Shown piece after piece: positions 20,503 through 30,205 of a stretch of DNA of 41,620 nucleotides. Where the stretch lies: the NCBI GenBank assembly GCA_002397155.1, contig DGZR01000044.1, positions 1 through 41,620 of the forward strand, written 5' to 3'. Within the stretch, counting starts at the first letter, position 1. Each line of letters opens with the position of its first letter. A model generated the notes under the pieces. It had not been told where the DNA came from. It saw only the letters and a list, made by a program, of their open reading frames with translations, and made no database searches. This DNA is from Firmicutes bacterium UBA4975 (GTDB taxonomy: Bacteria > Bacillota > Proteinivoracia > UBA4975). A program made the position numbers and the translations under genes.

Positions 20503-22105
20503 AGTAATCCCCCAAAACCGTTTGGGCGATATTGGTTGAATGGTCGCCAATCCGTTCAAAATTGGCGATGATGTCCAAAAAGATGACTCCGGAAGGGGGA
20601 AAACACCGGCCCTCGTTGATCCGGGTCACATGGCGCTGGCGCAGTTTCTTTTCCAGTCGGTCAATTTCATAATCGTCCACCAGTATTTCCCGGGCAAGAG
20701 CCTTGTTCCTAGCTTTAAAAGACGCGATGGCCTTAGTCACCATGTTTCGCACCTTGGCATACATGTCTCTGACTTCTTCGGTGGCCGACTCAGAGAAGGG
20801 GTACTTGTCTTCGATCTTTTCCCCGATCAAGTCGGAGAGGTTGTCGCAGTGGTCGCCGATTCGTTCGATGTCGTTGATGGCGTGAAGGTAGCCCGCCAGC
20901 AGGTGGCTCTGTTCTTCACTGAGGCCCTTTTGCGCCAAGTCGGCCAGGTAAATAGTGATTTGCTGCTCAAGCTCGTCCACTACCTCTTCGTTGCGCTGGA
21001 CGTTTTTTTTCAGGGCCAGCTCATTTTTAAAGAGCATGGTCATGGCGTCGTCAAACATCTCCACCGTCAGGTCGGCCATGCGGGCAATTTCTCTTTCTGC
21101 GGCGCTGAGAGCCAAGGCCGGAGAGGCCAGCAGATTTTTTTCCAGGTAGATTGGCCCCGTCTCAAAAACTTCCGCTTCTCCGGGCACCAGCTTGGTGACC
21201 AGGGCGACAAACTGGCGGATAAAGGGCAAGAAGAGCAGGGTGTTGGCCACGTTGAACACAGTGTGGGCCCAGGCGACCTGGCGAGGTAAAACCGGGCTCA
21301 ACATTTCGATAAAACCGGTGAAGGGCTTGAGAATTATCATAAAGAGGGCGGCGCCGATGACATTGAACATCAAGTGGGCGACGGCGGTCCGCCGGGCGTT
21401 GAGGCCGGTGCCGATGCTGGCCAGCATGGCGGTGACGCAAGTGCCCACGTTAGAGCCCAAGATGATGGCCAGGGCCCCGGGTAGAGCCAACACCCCGTTG
21501 CGCACTAAAGCGATTACGACGCCGGTGGTAGCGGCGCTGCTTTGAATGACGGCAGTGAAGAGAAGGCCGGCCAACATTCCCAGCAGGGGGCGTTGAGCAA
21601 ACTGGGCAAGGATCTGGACGACCTGGGGATAACTCTTGACCCCGGCTACCGCCTCCCCCATTATGCTCAGGCCTAAAAACAAAACGCCAAAACCGAGTAT
21701 GCTTTCGCCAATACTCTGGTAGAGGCGCTTATGAACGAAAACATAGAGGACCACACCCAGGGCAATCGCCGGCAGGGCAAACCCGGCGATATCAAAAGAG
21801 ATGAGCTGGCCGGTCACCGTGGTGCCGATGTTGGCGCCGAATATGGTGCCCACTGCCTGGGTAAGGGTCATCAATCCTGCGTTGACAAAGCCGACAACCA
21901 TGACGGTGGTGGCGCTGCTGCTGGATATGACCGCGGTTATAGTTAGACCGGTGAGGACCGCCACAAGGGGGTTGTATGTGAGAAGTTCCAGGAACCGGCG
22001 CATCCTGCTCCCCGCCACTTTGTGCAGTCCTTCGGACAGCATGTGCATGCCCAAAAGAAATAAACCCAAGCCCCCGATGACACCCATTACAATATTTGCG
22101 ACCAA
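20501..22105 (-). CDS. Na+/Pi cotransporter (NptA/YjbB family) with C-terminal PhoU domains
   Basis: ISSSSATT and IQSSAATT repeats, GANIGTT, and twin ERIGDH PhoU motifs. Confidence 0.93.
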   Translation of the reverse strand: MVANIVMGVIGGLGLFLLGMHMLSEGLHKVAGSRMRRFLELLTYNPLVAVLTGLTITAVISSSSATTVMVVGFVNAGLMTLTQAVGTIFGANIGTTVTGQLISFDIAGFALPAIALGVVLYVFVHKRLYQSIGESILGFGVLFLGLSIMGEAVAGVKSYPQVVQILAQFAQRPLLGMLAGLLFTAVIQSSAATTGVVIALVRNGVLALPGALAIILGSNVGTCVTAMLASIGTGLNARRTAVAHLMFNVIGAALFMIILKPFTGFIEMLSPVLPRQVAWAHTVFNVANTLLFLPFIRQFVALVTKLVPGEAEVFETGPIYLEKNLLASPALALSAAEREIARMADLTVEMFDDAMTMLFKNELALKKNVQRNEEVVDELEQQITIYLADLAQKGLSEEQSHLLAGYLHAINDIERIGDHCDNLSDLIGEKIEDKYPFSESATEEVRDMYAKVRNMVTKAIASFKARNKALAREILVDDYEIDRLEKKLRQRHVTRINEGRCFPPSGVIFLDIIANFERIGDHSTNIAQTVLGDY

Positions 22106-22145
22106 GGGGACACCTCCGCAATTAGCATTCGCCTGTCCTTAAGTA

Positions 22146-22174
22146 ATGGTAGCTCAGAGAGTTTGGCTTGTCAA
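22146..22174 (-). promoter_or_regulatory. sigma-A promoter of the Na/Pi cotransporter
   Basis: TTGACA-N17-TACCAT. Confidence 0.6.
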
Positions 22175-22181
22175 CCTGGAC

Positions 22182-22562
22182 TTAGGACGAGGCACCCCTA
22201 TTCTCGCGGTAGTTGGCGATCGCCGCTTTTAAAGCGTCCGCCGCCAGGTTGGAACAGTGCATTTTTACCGGGGGCAAGCCGTCCAATTCTTCTGCAACCT
22301 GGCGGTTGGAGACCTTTTCCGCCTCGGCCAGGGACATGCCCTTGACAATTTCTGTTATCATGCTGCTGGTGGCAATTGCCGCGCCGCAGCCAAAAGTCTG
22401 GAACTTGATGTCTTCTATGGTCTCGTCTTTTCCTATCTTGATATACAACCTCATGATGTCGCCGCAGCGCATGTTGCCCACTTCGCCGACGCCGTCGGCA
22501 TCGGGCAGCACCCCCACGTTTCGAGGATTTTGGAAATGGTCCATCACTTTTTCAGAATACAT
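22182..22562 (-). CDS. iscU: Fe-S cluster scaffold protein NifU/IscU
   Basis: YSEKVMDHFQNPRNVG, CGD, FGCGAAIA and LPPVKMHCS motifs. Confidence 0.95.
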   Translation of the reverse strand: MYSEKVMDHFQNPRNVGVLPDADGVGEVGNMRCGDIMRLYIKIGKDETIEDIKFQTFGCGAAIATSSMITEIVKGMSLAEAEKVSNRQVAEELDGLPPVKMHCSNLAADALKAAIANYRENRGASS

Positions 22563-22582
22563 CTTTTTTCCCCCGTTCCTCT

Positions 22583-23737
22583 TTAGTCAACGATCGGCGA
22601 CATCTGCCGCAAACCTTCGATTATGCCCGGCGCCACCTGCAAGACGTAGTCGATATCCGCCTCAGTGGTTGACCGGCCCAGGGTGAGGCGCAGTGAGCCG
22701 TGGGCGGCCTGGTGGTTCAAGCCCATGGCCAGCAAGACATGGGAAGGGTCAAGGGCACCGGAAGTGCAGGCCGAGCCGCTGGAAACGGCGATGCCCTTTA
22801 AATCCAGCCTGAGGATGAGGCTCTCTCCCTCGACCCGGCTCACGCTGACATTGACGTTGCCCGGCAAGCGAAGCCGGGGGTGGCCGTTCAGGGTGACCTG
22901 GGGCAAAGCGGTCAAGCCCGCTATCAGTTTATCCCGCAAGTAGATCAGCCTCTTGCTGGTTTCGGCCTGTTCCGCCACGGCCAGTTCCACCGCCCGGGCC
23001 AGGCCGATAATTCCCGCCACATTTTCGGTACCCGGGCGCAGACTGTTTTCCTGAGCCCCCCCAAAGGCGGTGGGCCCGAGTTTCGTCCCCTTTCTCCGGT
23101 AGAGAAAACCGATGCCCTTGGGTCCGTACAGTTTATGCCCCGAAGCCGAAAGTAAGTCAACCGGCAATTCTTGCAGGTCGATGGGCAGTATCCCCAGGGA
23201 CTGGACGGCGTCGGTATGGAAAAGGGCGCCGGCGGCCCGGGTGAGAGTGGCCAGTTCTTGAATGGGCTGGATGGTGCCCACTTCGTTGTTGGCCTGCATG
23301 ATTGAAACCAGAATCGTCTCCGGACTGAGGACCTTTTCCAGTTCCCCCGGGTCCACTAAACCGTATTTATCCACCGGCAGCACCGTCAGCCTGTAGCCCC
23401 GGCTTTCTAAGGCCTGAAAAGGGTGGAGCACGCCGTGGTGCTCGATGGCTGAGGTGACCAGGTGTTTACCCGGTTTTTTGCTCCCGGCCACCGCCCCAAA
23501 AATAGCGATGTTGTCCGCTTCCGTCCCGCCCGAAGTGAAGAGAATTTCCTGGGGGGAGGCATTCAGCTCCCGGGCAATCCGCCCCCTGGCTTCTTCAATA
23601 TCCCTGCGCGCCTCCCGGCCAAGGGCGTGAAGGCTGGAGGGATTGCCAAACTTCTCGGTCAGGTAGGGCACCATGGCGGCAAATACTTCTTCACGCACAG
23701 GGGTCGTGGCGGCATGGTCCAAGTATACGCTCTGCAC
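22583..23737 (-). CDS. iscS: cysteine desulfurase NifS/IscS
   Basis: YLDHAATTP, SGHKLYGPKG and SSGSACTS motifs. Confidence 0.96.
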   Translation of the reverse strand: MQSVYLDHAATTPVREEVFAAMVPYLTEKFGNPSSLHALGREARRDIEEARGRIARELNASPQEILFTSGGTEADNIAIFGAVAGSKKPGKHLVTSAIEHHGVLHPFQALESRGYRLTVLPVDKYGLVDPGELEKVLSPETILVSIMQANNEVGTIQPIQELATLTRAAGALFHTDAVQSLGILPIDLQELPVDLLSASGHKLYGPKGIGFLYRRKGTKLGPTAFGGAQENSLRPGTENVAGIIGLARAVELAVAEQAETSKRLIYLRDKLIAGLTALPQVTLNGHPRLRLPGNVNVSVSRVEGESLILRLDLKGIAVSSGSACTSGALDPSHVLLAMGLNHQAAHGSLRLTLGRSTTEADIDYVLQVAPGIIEGLRQMSPIVD

Positions 23738-23744
23738 CTATTTG

Positions 23745-24167
23745 TCACTCCTCTAATAAGCTTTTGGCCAGGACATCGGCCAGGGAAATTGTCTCCAGCA
23801 CTTCGTCCATGGCCTCTTTTAACCTCTGCCAGACAAAAATCGTCGAACAGCTTTCCCGGTGCCGACAGGATCCTTCTCCTTCTTCGGCTACGCACTGCAT
23901 CGGGGCCAGACTGCCCTCCAAAGCCCAAAGGACGTCGCCGACGCAGATTGCGGCGGGCGGCCTGGCCAGTTTGTACCCCCCCTTGGCTCCCCGATAACTG
24001 AGGACTAAGCCCTTGGCCTTGAGATCCCGGAACAGGTGCTCTAAGTACTGTTCGGAAAGCTGTTCTCTTTCCGCGATCTCCCGCAAAGGGACAGGCCCGG
24101 ATTTGTAATTTTTGGCCAGGACCAACATGGCCCGAAACCCGTATTCTCCCCGCGTGGAGATAAGCAC
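23745..24167 (-). CDS. Rrf2 family regulator, IscR-like (three C-terminal Cys)
   Basis: STRGEYG, YLEHLF and RGAKGGY motifs; C-x8-C-x5-C; heads iscS-iscU. Confidence 0.92.
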   Translation of the reverse strand: MLISTRGEYGFRAMLVLAKNYKSGPVPLREIAEREQLSEQYLEHLFRDLKAKGLVLSYRGAKGGYKLARPPAAICVGDVLWALEGSLAPMQCVAEEGEGSCRHRESCSTIFVWQRLKEAMDEVLETISLADVLAKSLLEE

Positions 24168-24187
24168 TTTTTATTCACCCCCGGCTA

Positions 24188-24212
24188 ATTCCCTAGTCTT
24201 TTACTCGGGATT
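24188..24212. promoter_or_regulatory. putative IscR/Rrf2 operator (25-bp imperfect palindrome)
   Basis: ATTCCCTAGTCTTTTACTCGGGATT directly downstream of the -10 box; resembles IscR type-1 sites. Confidence 0.65.
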
Positions 24213-24824
24213 AGTATACCACCGGACTTTTTCGCTGTCAATTGCTTTTAAAAAAAGCAAAAAGGGCCCTTTTCGGGCCCCCGCCAATCTTTGGAACAAG
24301 GCTTTTATTTTCTCCCAGAACCAAAAGCGCCCCTGGATTTTTTCGTTCTGCTTTTCCCCGGCGGCTTGTGCCACTGTCTCTTGGACAAGGCAAAGGGGGG
24401 GAAACAAAAGGCACCACCAATTTCGTCCCCGGCCCTCTCCCAGGATGATCTGGACTGAGCGGTACTTTCCCTCGGGGCAGACCAGGCCTCGGTACGCCCG
24501 GATCGGATAGCTCTCTACTGTGTACTTGATCCCGACGGGGTAAGTCACTCCCCCGTCAGCCAATACCGAGGCGGCCAGTTCTTTTAGTGAGTCACCGTTG
24601 GCGGCGATCCAAGCGGCGACTTCCGCCTGGTCCATTTCCGCAAAAGTCGAACCCACTTCCCCGATAATCCGGTCCCTGACCTCTTCTTTTAGGCGCTGAT
24701 CCAAGGAACTGTCGCTGTTGGCCAGGACGTGGAGGCGGATGACATTTCCGTTGGCCAGGACAGTGCCCTGGGCCAGGAGGATGAGGAGCAAAAACACCGT
24801 GCAGGCCAGCTTTTCCTCTCCCAC
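24201..24824 (-). CDS. spoIIR: stage II sporulation protein R
   Basis: Signal peptide, IRLHVLANSDS..DQ.LK..VRD and G.GRNWWCLLFPPLC motifs. Confidence 0.95.
   Translation of the reverse strand: MGEEKLACTVFLLLILLAQGTVLANGNVIRLHVLANSDSSLDQRLKEEVRDRIIGEVGSTFAEMDQAEVAAWIAANGDSLKELAASVLADGGVTYPVGIKYTVESYPIRAYRGLVCPEGKYRSVQIILGEGRGRNWWCLLFPPLCLVQETVAQAAGEKQNEKIQGRFWFWEKIKALFQRLAGARKGPFLLFLKAIDSEKVRWYTNPE
24213..24241 (-). promoter_or_regulatory. sigma-A promoter of rrf2-iscS-iscU
   Basis: TTGACA-N17-TATACT with an extended -10 TG. Confidence 0.8.
24250..24282 (-). terminator. intrinsic terminator lying inside the 3' end of the spoIIR frame
   Basis: GGGCCC-gaaaa-GGGCCC followed by TTTTTGCTTTTTTT. 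Confidence 0.7.
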
Positions 24825-25607
24825 TTAGGCGTCCCCCATGTGGCCCTTGATGAACTTGAGGGCCCCTTTTTCCAACCGGGACACCTGGGCTTGGGAAATT
24901 CCGATGGCCGCCGCTACCTGGACCTGGGTGAGGCCGACGAAGAAGCGTTTGTGGAGAATCTCCTTTTCCCGAGGGGAGAGTTTTTCCAGGGCCTCTTTTA
25001 AGAGGAGCTTCTGCATCCAGCCTGCGCTGTCGTTGTGCACATCCCGCACCTGGTCCATGAGGTAGAGGGGATCGGTGCTGTCGGAAAATATGGTCTCGTG
25101 CAGGGAAAGGGGATCGAAGTTGGCGTCCAGAGCCTGAACCACCTCTTCCGAGGGCAGCTCCAAGAGGGCCGCCACTTCTTCGATTGTCGGTTCCCTGCCC
25201 ATGGCCTTGGCCAGCCTTTCCCGGGCTTGCAGGGCCCGGTGGGCGATTTTGCGCAAGGAGCGGCTGACCCGGATGACGTTGTTGTCCCTGAGGTAGCGGC
25301 GGATTTCGCCAAGGATCATGGGGACGGCATATGTGGAAAACTTGACCCCGATTCTCGGATCGAAATTATCCACCGCCTTGACCAGGCCCACACAGCCAAC
25401 CTGGAAAAGATCGTCGATGTTTTCCCCCCGATTGTGAAACTGCTTTAAGACGCTGAGGACGAGGCGCAAATTGCCGGCGATCAGCTCTTCCCGGGACTGA
25501 AGGCAGCCTTTGAGCTTTTTTTGAAATAAGTTGTCCATCTCCTGGGCAGAAAGAACTTTAAGATTATAGGTATCAATGCCGCTCAGCGTTACCCTTCTTG
25601 TGTGCAT
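24825..25607 (-). CDS. SigG-like sporulation sigma factor (diverged, probable paralogue)
   Basis: GNLRLVLSV, RGENIDDLFQVGC, FSTYAVPMILGEIRRYLRDNN and GISQAQVSRLEK are SigG-type rather than SigF-type motifs. Confidence 0.88.
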   Translation of the reverse strand: MHTRRVTLSGIDTYNLKVLSAQEMDNLFQKKLKGCLQSREELIAGNLRLVLSVLKQFHNRGENIDDLFQVGCVGLVKAVDNFDPRIGVKFSTYAVPMILGEIRRYLRDNNVIRVSRSLRKIAHRALQARERLAKAMGREPTIEEVAALLELPSEEVVQALDANFDPLSLHETIFSDSTDPLYLMDQVRDVHNDSAGWMQKLLLKEALEKLSPREKEILHKRFFVGLTQVQVAAAIGISQAQVSRLEKGALKFIKGHMGDA

Positions 25608-25641
25608 GGCAATCCCTCCTGGGCTTTATTCCTTCTGCCCC

Positions 25642-25671
25642 TAGTATTGCCATAATTACCCTGTTTTAATT
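25642..25671 (-). promoter_or_regulatory. possible sigma-F-like promoter of the sigG-like/spoIIR unit
   Basis: Strong -10 GGCAATACTA with a weak -35 (AATTA) at 15-nt spacing. Confidence 0.4.
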
Positions 25672-25681
25672 TATAAAAATT

Positions 25682-26545
25682 CTAGGGTTTCCGCGCCCAG
25701 ACAATCCGGTCCAGCCCCGCCAGGTCTTTTTTTATTTCCGGGGCGGGAAAGCCGCCCCGGCGGAATAATTTCAACACTCTTTCTCCTTGGCGATCGCCGA
25801 TCTCGACCAAGAGTAAACCGCCGGACACCAGGGTTTTCCCCGCTTCCGCCAACAAGGACCGGTAGTGATCCAGGCCGTCGGGGCCGGATACCAGGGCCTC
25901 TTTCGGTTCGTACTCCCGTACTTCCGGCTGTAAACCGCCGTATTCACCCTCAGGGATGTAGGGCAGGTTGGCGGTGATGCAGGCCAGGTTGCCCCGCCAG
26001 GGCCCCAGGGGGGCCAAGAGGTCGCCGCCAACAAAAAAAGCCCGGCTTTCAACACCAAGCCTGCGGGCGTTTATTTTCGCCGTCTCCAGGGCCCGGGGTG
26101 AAGAGTCCACCGCCAGCAAGCGGGCGCCGGGCAAGAGGAGCAAAAGGCTCAGACCTATTGCCCCGCAGCCGGTGCCAATGTCCGCGAGAAGAAGGTCGTC
26201 CGCGGGAAAATACCTCTTTACCTGGGCGGCGGCAAGCTCAGCCAGCAATTCGGTCTCCGGTCGGGGGATGAGGACTCCTTTTCTGACGAAAAAGTCCCAG
26301 TGTAAAAAAGACTTGGACTCGGTGATGTAGGCCAGGGGTTTGCGCGCCCGCCTCTGGGCCAGGCCCAGGGAAAAACGCCGGACCTCCTCCGGCTTTAAGA
26401 CTAGCTCGGGGTGGGCCAGCAAGGCAGCCTGGCTCCGCCCCAGGGCCCAGGCCAAGAGGAGGAGGGCTTCCGACCAAGGGCGCTCAACCCCGGCCTCTTT
26501 TAGTTGGGCCGCTCCCCGCTGAAGCAATTCCCCGGCGCTCGGCAC
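25682..26545 (-). CDS. prmC: release factor glutamine methyltransferase
   Basis: VLIPRPETE, DIGTGCG and ANLPY motifs; follows prfA. Confidence 0.95.
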   Translation of the reverse strand: MPSAGELLQRGAAQLKEAGVERPWSEALLLLAWALGRSQAALLAHPELVLKPEEVRRFSLGLAQRRARKPLAYITESKSFLHWDFFVRKGVLIPRPETELLAELAAAQVKRYFPADDLLLADIGTGCGAIGLSLLLLLPGARLLAVDSSPRALETAKINARRLGVESRAFFVGGDLLAPLGPWRGNLACITANLPYIPEGEYGGLQPEVREYEPKEALVSGPDGLDHYRSLLAEAGKTLVSGGLLLVEIGDRQGERVLKLFRRGGFPAPEIKKDLAGLDRIVWARKP

Positions 26546-26547
26546 CC

Positions 26548-27615
26548 TTAGGCTCCGGTCAGCTCGGCAACCTGGGCAGCGGTGGCCAGGCCGTCGATTA
26601 TTTCTTCTAGGTCCCCGGCCAGGACCTCGGTGAGGCGGTGGGAAGTCAAGCCTATCCGGTGGTCGGTGACTCGTGACTGGGGATAGTTGTAAGTGCGGAT
26701 TCGCTCGGAGCGATCTCCCGTCCCCACCTGACTCCGCCTCTCTTGGGCCAGCTCGGCTTGCTGTTCGGCCTGAAGCTTGTCAAAAATGCGGGAGCGCAGG
26801 ACCCGCATGGCCTTATCCCGGTTCTTGAGCTGGGATTTTTCGTCCTGGCAGGACACGACGATGCCGGTGGGAAGGTGGGTGATCCTCACCGCCGACTGGG
26901 TGGTGTTGACACTTTGGCCGCCGGGGCCGGTGGCACAAAAAAGGTCGATGCGCAGGTCTCCGGGGTTGATCTCCACTTCTACCTCTTCGGCTTCGGGAAG
27001 CACGGCCACGGTGATGGTCGAGGTATGAATGCGGCCGCCGGATTCGGTGGTCGGTATTCGCTGAACCCGGTGCACGCCGCTTTCGTACTTGAGGCGGCTG
27101 TAAGCGCCCCGGCCTTCAAGGGCAAAGACAATCTCCTTGATCCCGCCGATATCGGTGTAGTGTGAATCGAGGATTTCCGTTTTCCACTGCTTGTTCTCGG
27201 CATAGCGAGTGTACATCCGAAAGATCTCCATGGCAAACAGAGCCGCTTCCTCGCCGCCGGCTCCCCCCCGGATTTCCATGATGACGTTTTTTTCATCATT
27301 TGGATCCTTGGGCAGGAGGAGGAGCTTGAGCTTTTCTTCTTGCTCGGCCAGGGTTCCTTCTAGTTCAGCCGCCTCTTCCCGGGCTAGCTGAGCAAAGTCG
27401 GGATCGGCGTCCCCGGCCAGGATTTCTCGGGCCTCGGCCAGGGCCCCTTCGGTTTTTTTATAAAGGCGGTATGCCTCAACGGTTTCCGCCAACGATGCGT
27501 GTTCCTTTGTCAGTTCCAGCCACAGCTTCTTGTCCCTGCTCACCAGTTCGGGATCGGAGATCCGTTTTTCGATGTCCATAAACTTTTCTTCTATGAGCAC
27601 TAATTTTTCCAGCAC
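26548..27615 (-). CDS. prfA: peptide chain release factor 1
   Basis: PxT motif (IPTTE), GGQ and IRTYNYPQ; start likely GTG 27615. Confidence 0.98.
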   Translation of the reverse strand: MLEKLVLIEEKFMDIEKRISDPELVSRDKKLWLELTKEHASLAETVEAYRLYKKTEGALAEAREILAGDADPDFAQLAREEAAELEGTLAEQEEKLKLLLLPKDPNDEKNVIMEIRGGAGGEEAALFAMEIFRMYTRYAENKQWKTEILDSHYTDIGGIKEIVFALEGRGAYSRLKYESGVHRVQRIPTTESGGRIHTSTITVAVLPEAEEVEVEINPGDLRIDLFCATGPGGQSVNTTQSAVRITHLPTGIVVSCQDEKSQLKNRDKAMRVLRSRIFDKLQAEQQAELAQERRSQVGTGDRSERIRTYNYPQSRVTDHRIGLTSHRLTEVLAGDLEEIIDGLATAAQVAELTGA

Positions 27616-27652
27616 CGTCCTCACTCCTTTATGCCCCGGGATTTCACGAAGT

Positions 27653-27682
27653 ATTATAGCCCCTGGGACTCCTCCCGGTCAA
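27653..27682 (-). promoter_or_regulatory. possible sigma-A promoter for prfA-prmC, inside the end of the DUF1385 gene
   Basis: TTGACC-N18-TATAAT. Confidence 0.5.
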
Positions 27683-28526
27683 TAATTGCCGCCAGAGCGG
27701 CCAGGGCGACTTCTAGCTGGGGGGCGTCGGGCTCCCGGGTGGTCAGTTTCTGCAAAGCCAGGCCGGGCGCCAACAGCAGCCTGGCCCCCCGGCTGGAGCT
27801 CTTGGCGGTCCACTTCATCAACTCGTAAGAGAGACCGGCCAAGAGGGGCAAAAAAGCCAGCCTCAGTCCCAGCTTTACCCAGATGTTGGCCGGAGTAAAA
27901 AAAGAGTAAAGGACTATGCTGAGGACGACCACCAAGAGGAGGAAGCTGGTACCGCACCGGGGGTTGAGCCGGGAACAACCGGCCGCTTCGGCGGGGGTGA
28001 GGGGCTTACCTTGTTCCCAGCAGGCGATGACCTTGTGTTCGGCACCGTGATATTCAAAGGTCCGCCTGATGTCCTTGGCCAAGCTCACCAAGAGCAAGTA
28101 GCCCACAAAAAGGGCGACTCTGACCAAGCCCTCGGCCAGGTTTTGGCCAAGGCTGCCAAGAGAAAACCAGCGGGCCAGTAAAGAGACTAAGACCACCGGC
28201 AGCAAGAAAAAAAGAGCGACCCCCAAGACCAGGGAAAAGACGGCCACCAGGGCTAGCTGGCCGGTGCTCATCTCTTCTTCGGGCTCTGCCAGGTTAGCCG
28301 AAAGGGCCAAGCTGGAGACGGCGCCGCTCAGGGATTCGTAGAGGACCGCCACCCCCCGGATAAGGGGGAGGCCGAGCAAGGGCCAGCGCCGGGCCAGGCT
28401 GGTCAGGGAGCTTACCTGGGTGACGATATCCCCCTGGGGACGCCGCACGGCCACCGCCTGGCGCTGGGGGCTCCGCAACATTACCCCTTCAATTACCGCC
28501 TGCCCTCCGATACTGCCCCTTTTCAC
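27654..28526 (-). CDS. DUF1385 membrane protein
   Basis: [24 protein letters not shown] and QKLTTREP motifs; GTGA overlap with the tdk stop. Confidence 0.92.
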   Translation of the reverse strand: MKRGSIGGQAVIEGVMLRSPQRQAVAVRRPQGDIVTQVSSLTSLARRWPLLGLPLIRGVAVLYESLSGAVSSLALSANLAEPEEEMSTGQLALVAVFSLVLGVALFFLLPVVLVSLLARWFSLGSLGQNLAEGLVRVALFVGYLLLVSLAKDIRRTFEYHGAEHKVIACWEQGKPLTPAEAAGCSRLNPRCGTSFLLLVVVLSIVLYSFFTPANIWVKLGLRLAFLPLLAGLSYELMKWTAKSSSRGARLLLAPGLALQKLTTREPDAPQLEVALAALAAIIDREESQGL

Positions 28527-29098
28527 CAGGGCACCTCGTGACAGTGACGGCACCGGGCCTCATAGGTCTCCGAGGCGCCGATCAAGATGGTGGGTTCGCT
28601 GGCCTTGGCCGGCTGTCCGTTGACCAAGCGCTGGGTGCGGTTAGCAGGATTGCCGCACTTGAGGCAAATCGCCTGTAGCTTGTCCACATACTCGGCCATG
28701 GCCAACAAGGCCGGAGTCGGGCCAAAGGGCTGGCCCCGAAAATCCATGTCCAGGCCGGCCACAATGACCCGCTTGCCGCCGTCGGCCAAGCGGCGGCACA
28801 CGTCGATTATGCCCTTATCAAAAAACTGGGCTTCATCGATGGCCACCACCTGGGTATCTTCTTCAACCAGGGAAAAGAGCACTCCCGAATCGGGCACAGC
28901 CGTCGCTTCCGCCTCGTCGCCGTTGTGGGTGACCACTTTGACGATATTGAAACGGCTGTCGATTTTGGGCTTAAAGACCTGGACTTTGAGGCGGCCAATT
29001 TTCGCCCTTTTCACCCTTCGGATCAGTTCTTCACTTTTACCGCTGTACATGCTGCCGCAGATCACTTCGAGCCAGCCCATGCCTTGCACTCTCTGCAT
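28523..29098 (-). CDS. tdk: thymidine kinase
   Basis: [17 protein letters not shown] and CxxC...CxxC motifs. Confidence 0.97.
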   Translation of the reverse strand: MQRVQGMGWLEVICGSMYSGKSEELIRRVKRAKIGRLKVQVFKPKIDSRFNIVKVVTHNGDEAEATAVPDSGVLFSLVEEDTQVVAIDEAQFFDKGIIDVCRRLADGGKRVIVAGLDMDFRGQPFGPTPALLAMAEYVDKLQAICLKCGNPANRTQRLVNGQPAKASEPTILIGASETYEARCRHCHEVPW

Positions 29099-29134
29099 TT
29101 TATCTCTCTCCCCGTCAGTTCTTTACTAAAACAG

Positions 29135-29164
29135 TAATTCTCTACCGGGGCGAGATTTCCCTGC
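29135..29164 (-). promoter_or_regulatory. sigma-H-like promoter of tdk
   Basis: GCAGGGAAA-N12-AGAGAATTA. Confidence 0.45.
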
Positions 29165-29167
29165 TCC

Positions 29168-30067
29168 CTAGGGCAACCGGGTAAGGGGATTGACGTTGGC
29201 CCCGTTTACCTTTATCTCGAAGTGGAGATGGGGGCCGGTGGCGTTGCCGCTGGTACCCACCCTGGCGATCACCTGGCCCTGGTCTACCCAGTCTCCCACG
29301 GCTACGCATAAGTGGGAAGCGTGGGCGTACAGGGTTTTTAGGCCGGATTCGTGCTGGACCTGGACCATGTAACCATAGGTTCCGGCCCAGCCGGCGCTGA
29401 CTACCGTCCCCGATAGAGCAGCGCTGATGGGGGTGCCCACGCTGCCGGCGATGTCAATGCCCCAGTGAAAGGCGCCCCTCCGCATGCCGTAAAGGGAGGT
29501 CAGTTTGCCCACGAGGGGCCAGATCAGGCCCGAGTTGATCCTGCTGCCCACTCGGCTCACCGAAGATGTGCGAAGGGGATCGGGCAGCTTTGCCCCGGGT
29601 ATGGCCAGTTTGGTTCCCGGCTTCAATTCCCGGCTGCTCAGGGAATTGGCAAACCAGATCTCTTCATACTCGACTTGGTACCTCTTGGCCAGGGACTCCA
29701 GGCTGTCGCCGGGGCGGACGGTGTATAGCAAGCCGGAAACCGCCGGAAATTCAAGGCTTTGACCCACCAGGATCAAGTTGGGATTGTTGATGTTGTTGCT
29801 TTCGCAGATGGTGGCCAGGCTGACCCCGAAAGTCTTGGCGATGTCAATCAGGGTGTCGCCCCGGACCACGGTATAAGAAATGATCTCTAAACGCTGTTCT
29901 TTATATTCTTTGTAGACCAGGCACAATTCGGGAGAAACACAGTCGGTTCCTTCCAGCTCACTTACCATGGCTTCCACTTCTTCAATGGAAATGCCTGCCG
30001 CTGTCCCTGCCAGGGCTATGGTAACCAGAAGGGCCATAACCAAGGCGGATCCAAGGCGCTTAATCAT
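29168..30067 (-). CDS. secreted 2xLysM-M23 peptidoglycan endopeptidase
   Basis: Signal peptide, two LysM repeats ([18 protein letters not shown]), intact HWGID and HLHFE zinc motifs. Confidence 0.92.
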   Translation of the reverse strand: MIKRLGSALVMALLVTIALAGTAAGISIEEVEAMVSELEGTDCVSPELCLVYKEYKEQRLEIISYTVVRGDTLIDIAKTFGVSLATICESNNINNPNLILVGQSLEFPAVSGLLYTVRPGDSLESLAKRYQVEYEEIWFANSLSSRELKPGTKLAIPGAKLPDPLRTSSVSRVGSRINSGLIWPLVGKLTSLYGMRRGAFHWGIDIAGSVGTPISAALSGTVVSAGWAGTYGYMVQVQHESGLKTLYAHASHLCVAVGDWVDQGQVIARVGTSGNATGPHLHFEIKVNGANVNPLTRLP

Positions 30068-30112
30068 CCCATTGTCACCTCATTTGTCTTGGATTTGCCA
30101 AGTAATTGCCCC

Positions 30113-30141
30113 TATTATGTCCGGCGGTCCGGGGAATATGC
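30113..30141 (-). promoter_or_regulatory. sigma-G/sigma-F-like forespore promoter of the LysM-M23 gene
   Basis: GCATA-N17-CATAATA, with the -10 preceded by GGA. Confidence 0.6.
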
Positions 30142-30177
30142 ACTTTTGCCAACTCCTTCCTCCGGGGGGACAAAGGC

Positions 30178-30201
30178 AAAAAAAAAGCCGGGTCACCGGC
30201 C
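30178..30201 (-). terminator. intrinsic terminator of glpX
   Basis: GCCGG-tgac-CCGGC followed by T9. Confidence 0.8.
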
Positions 30202-30205
30202 ATCC

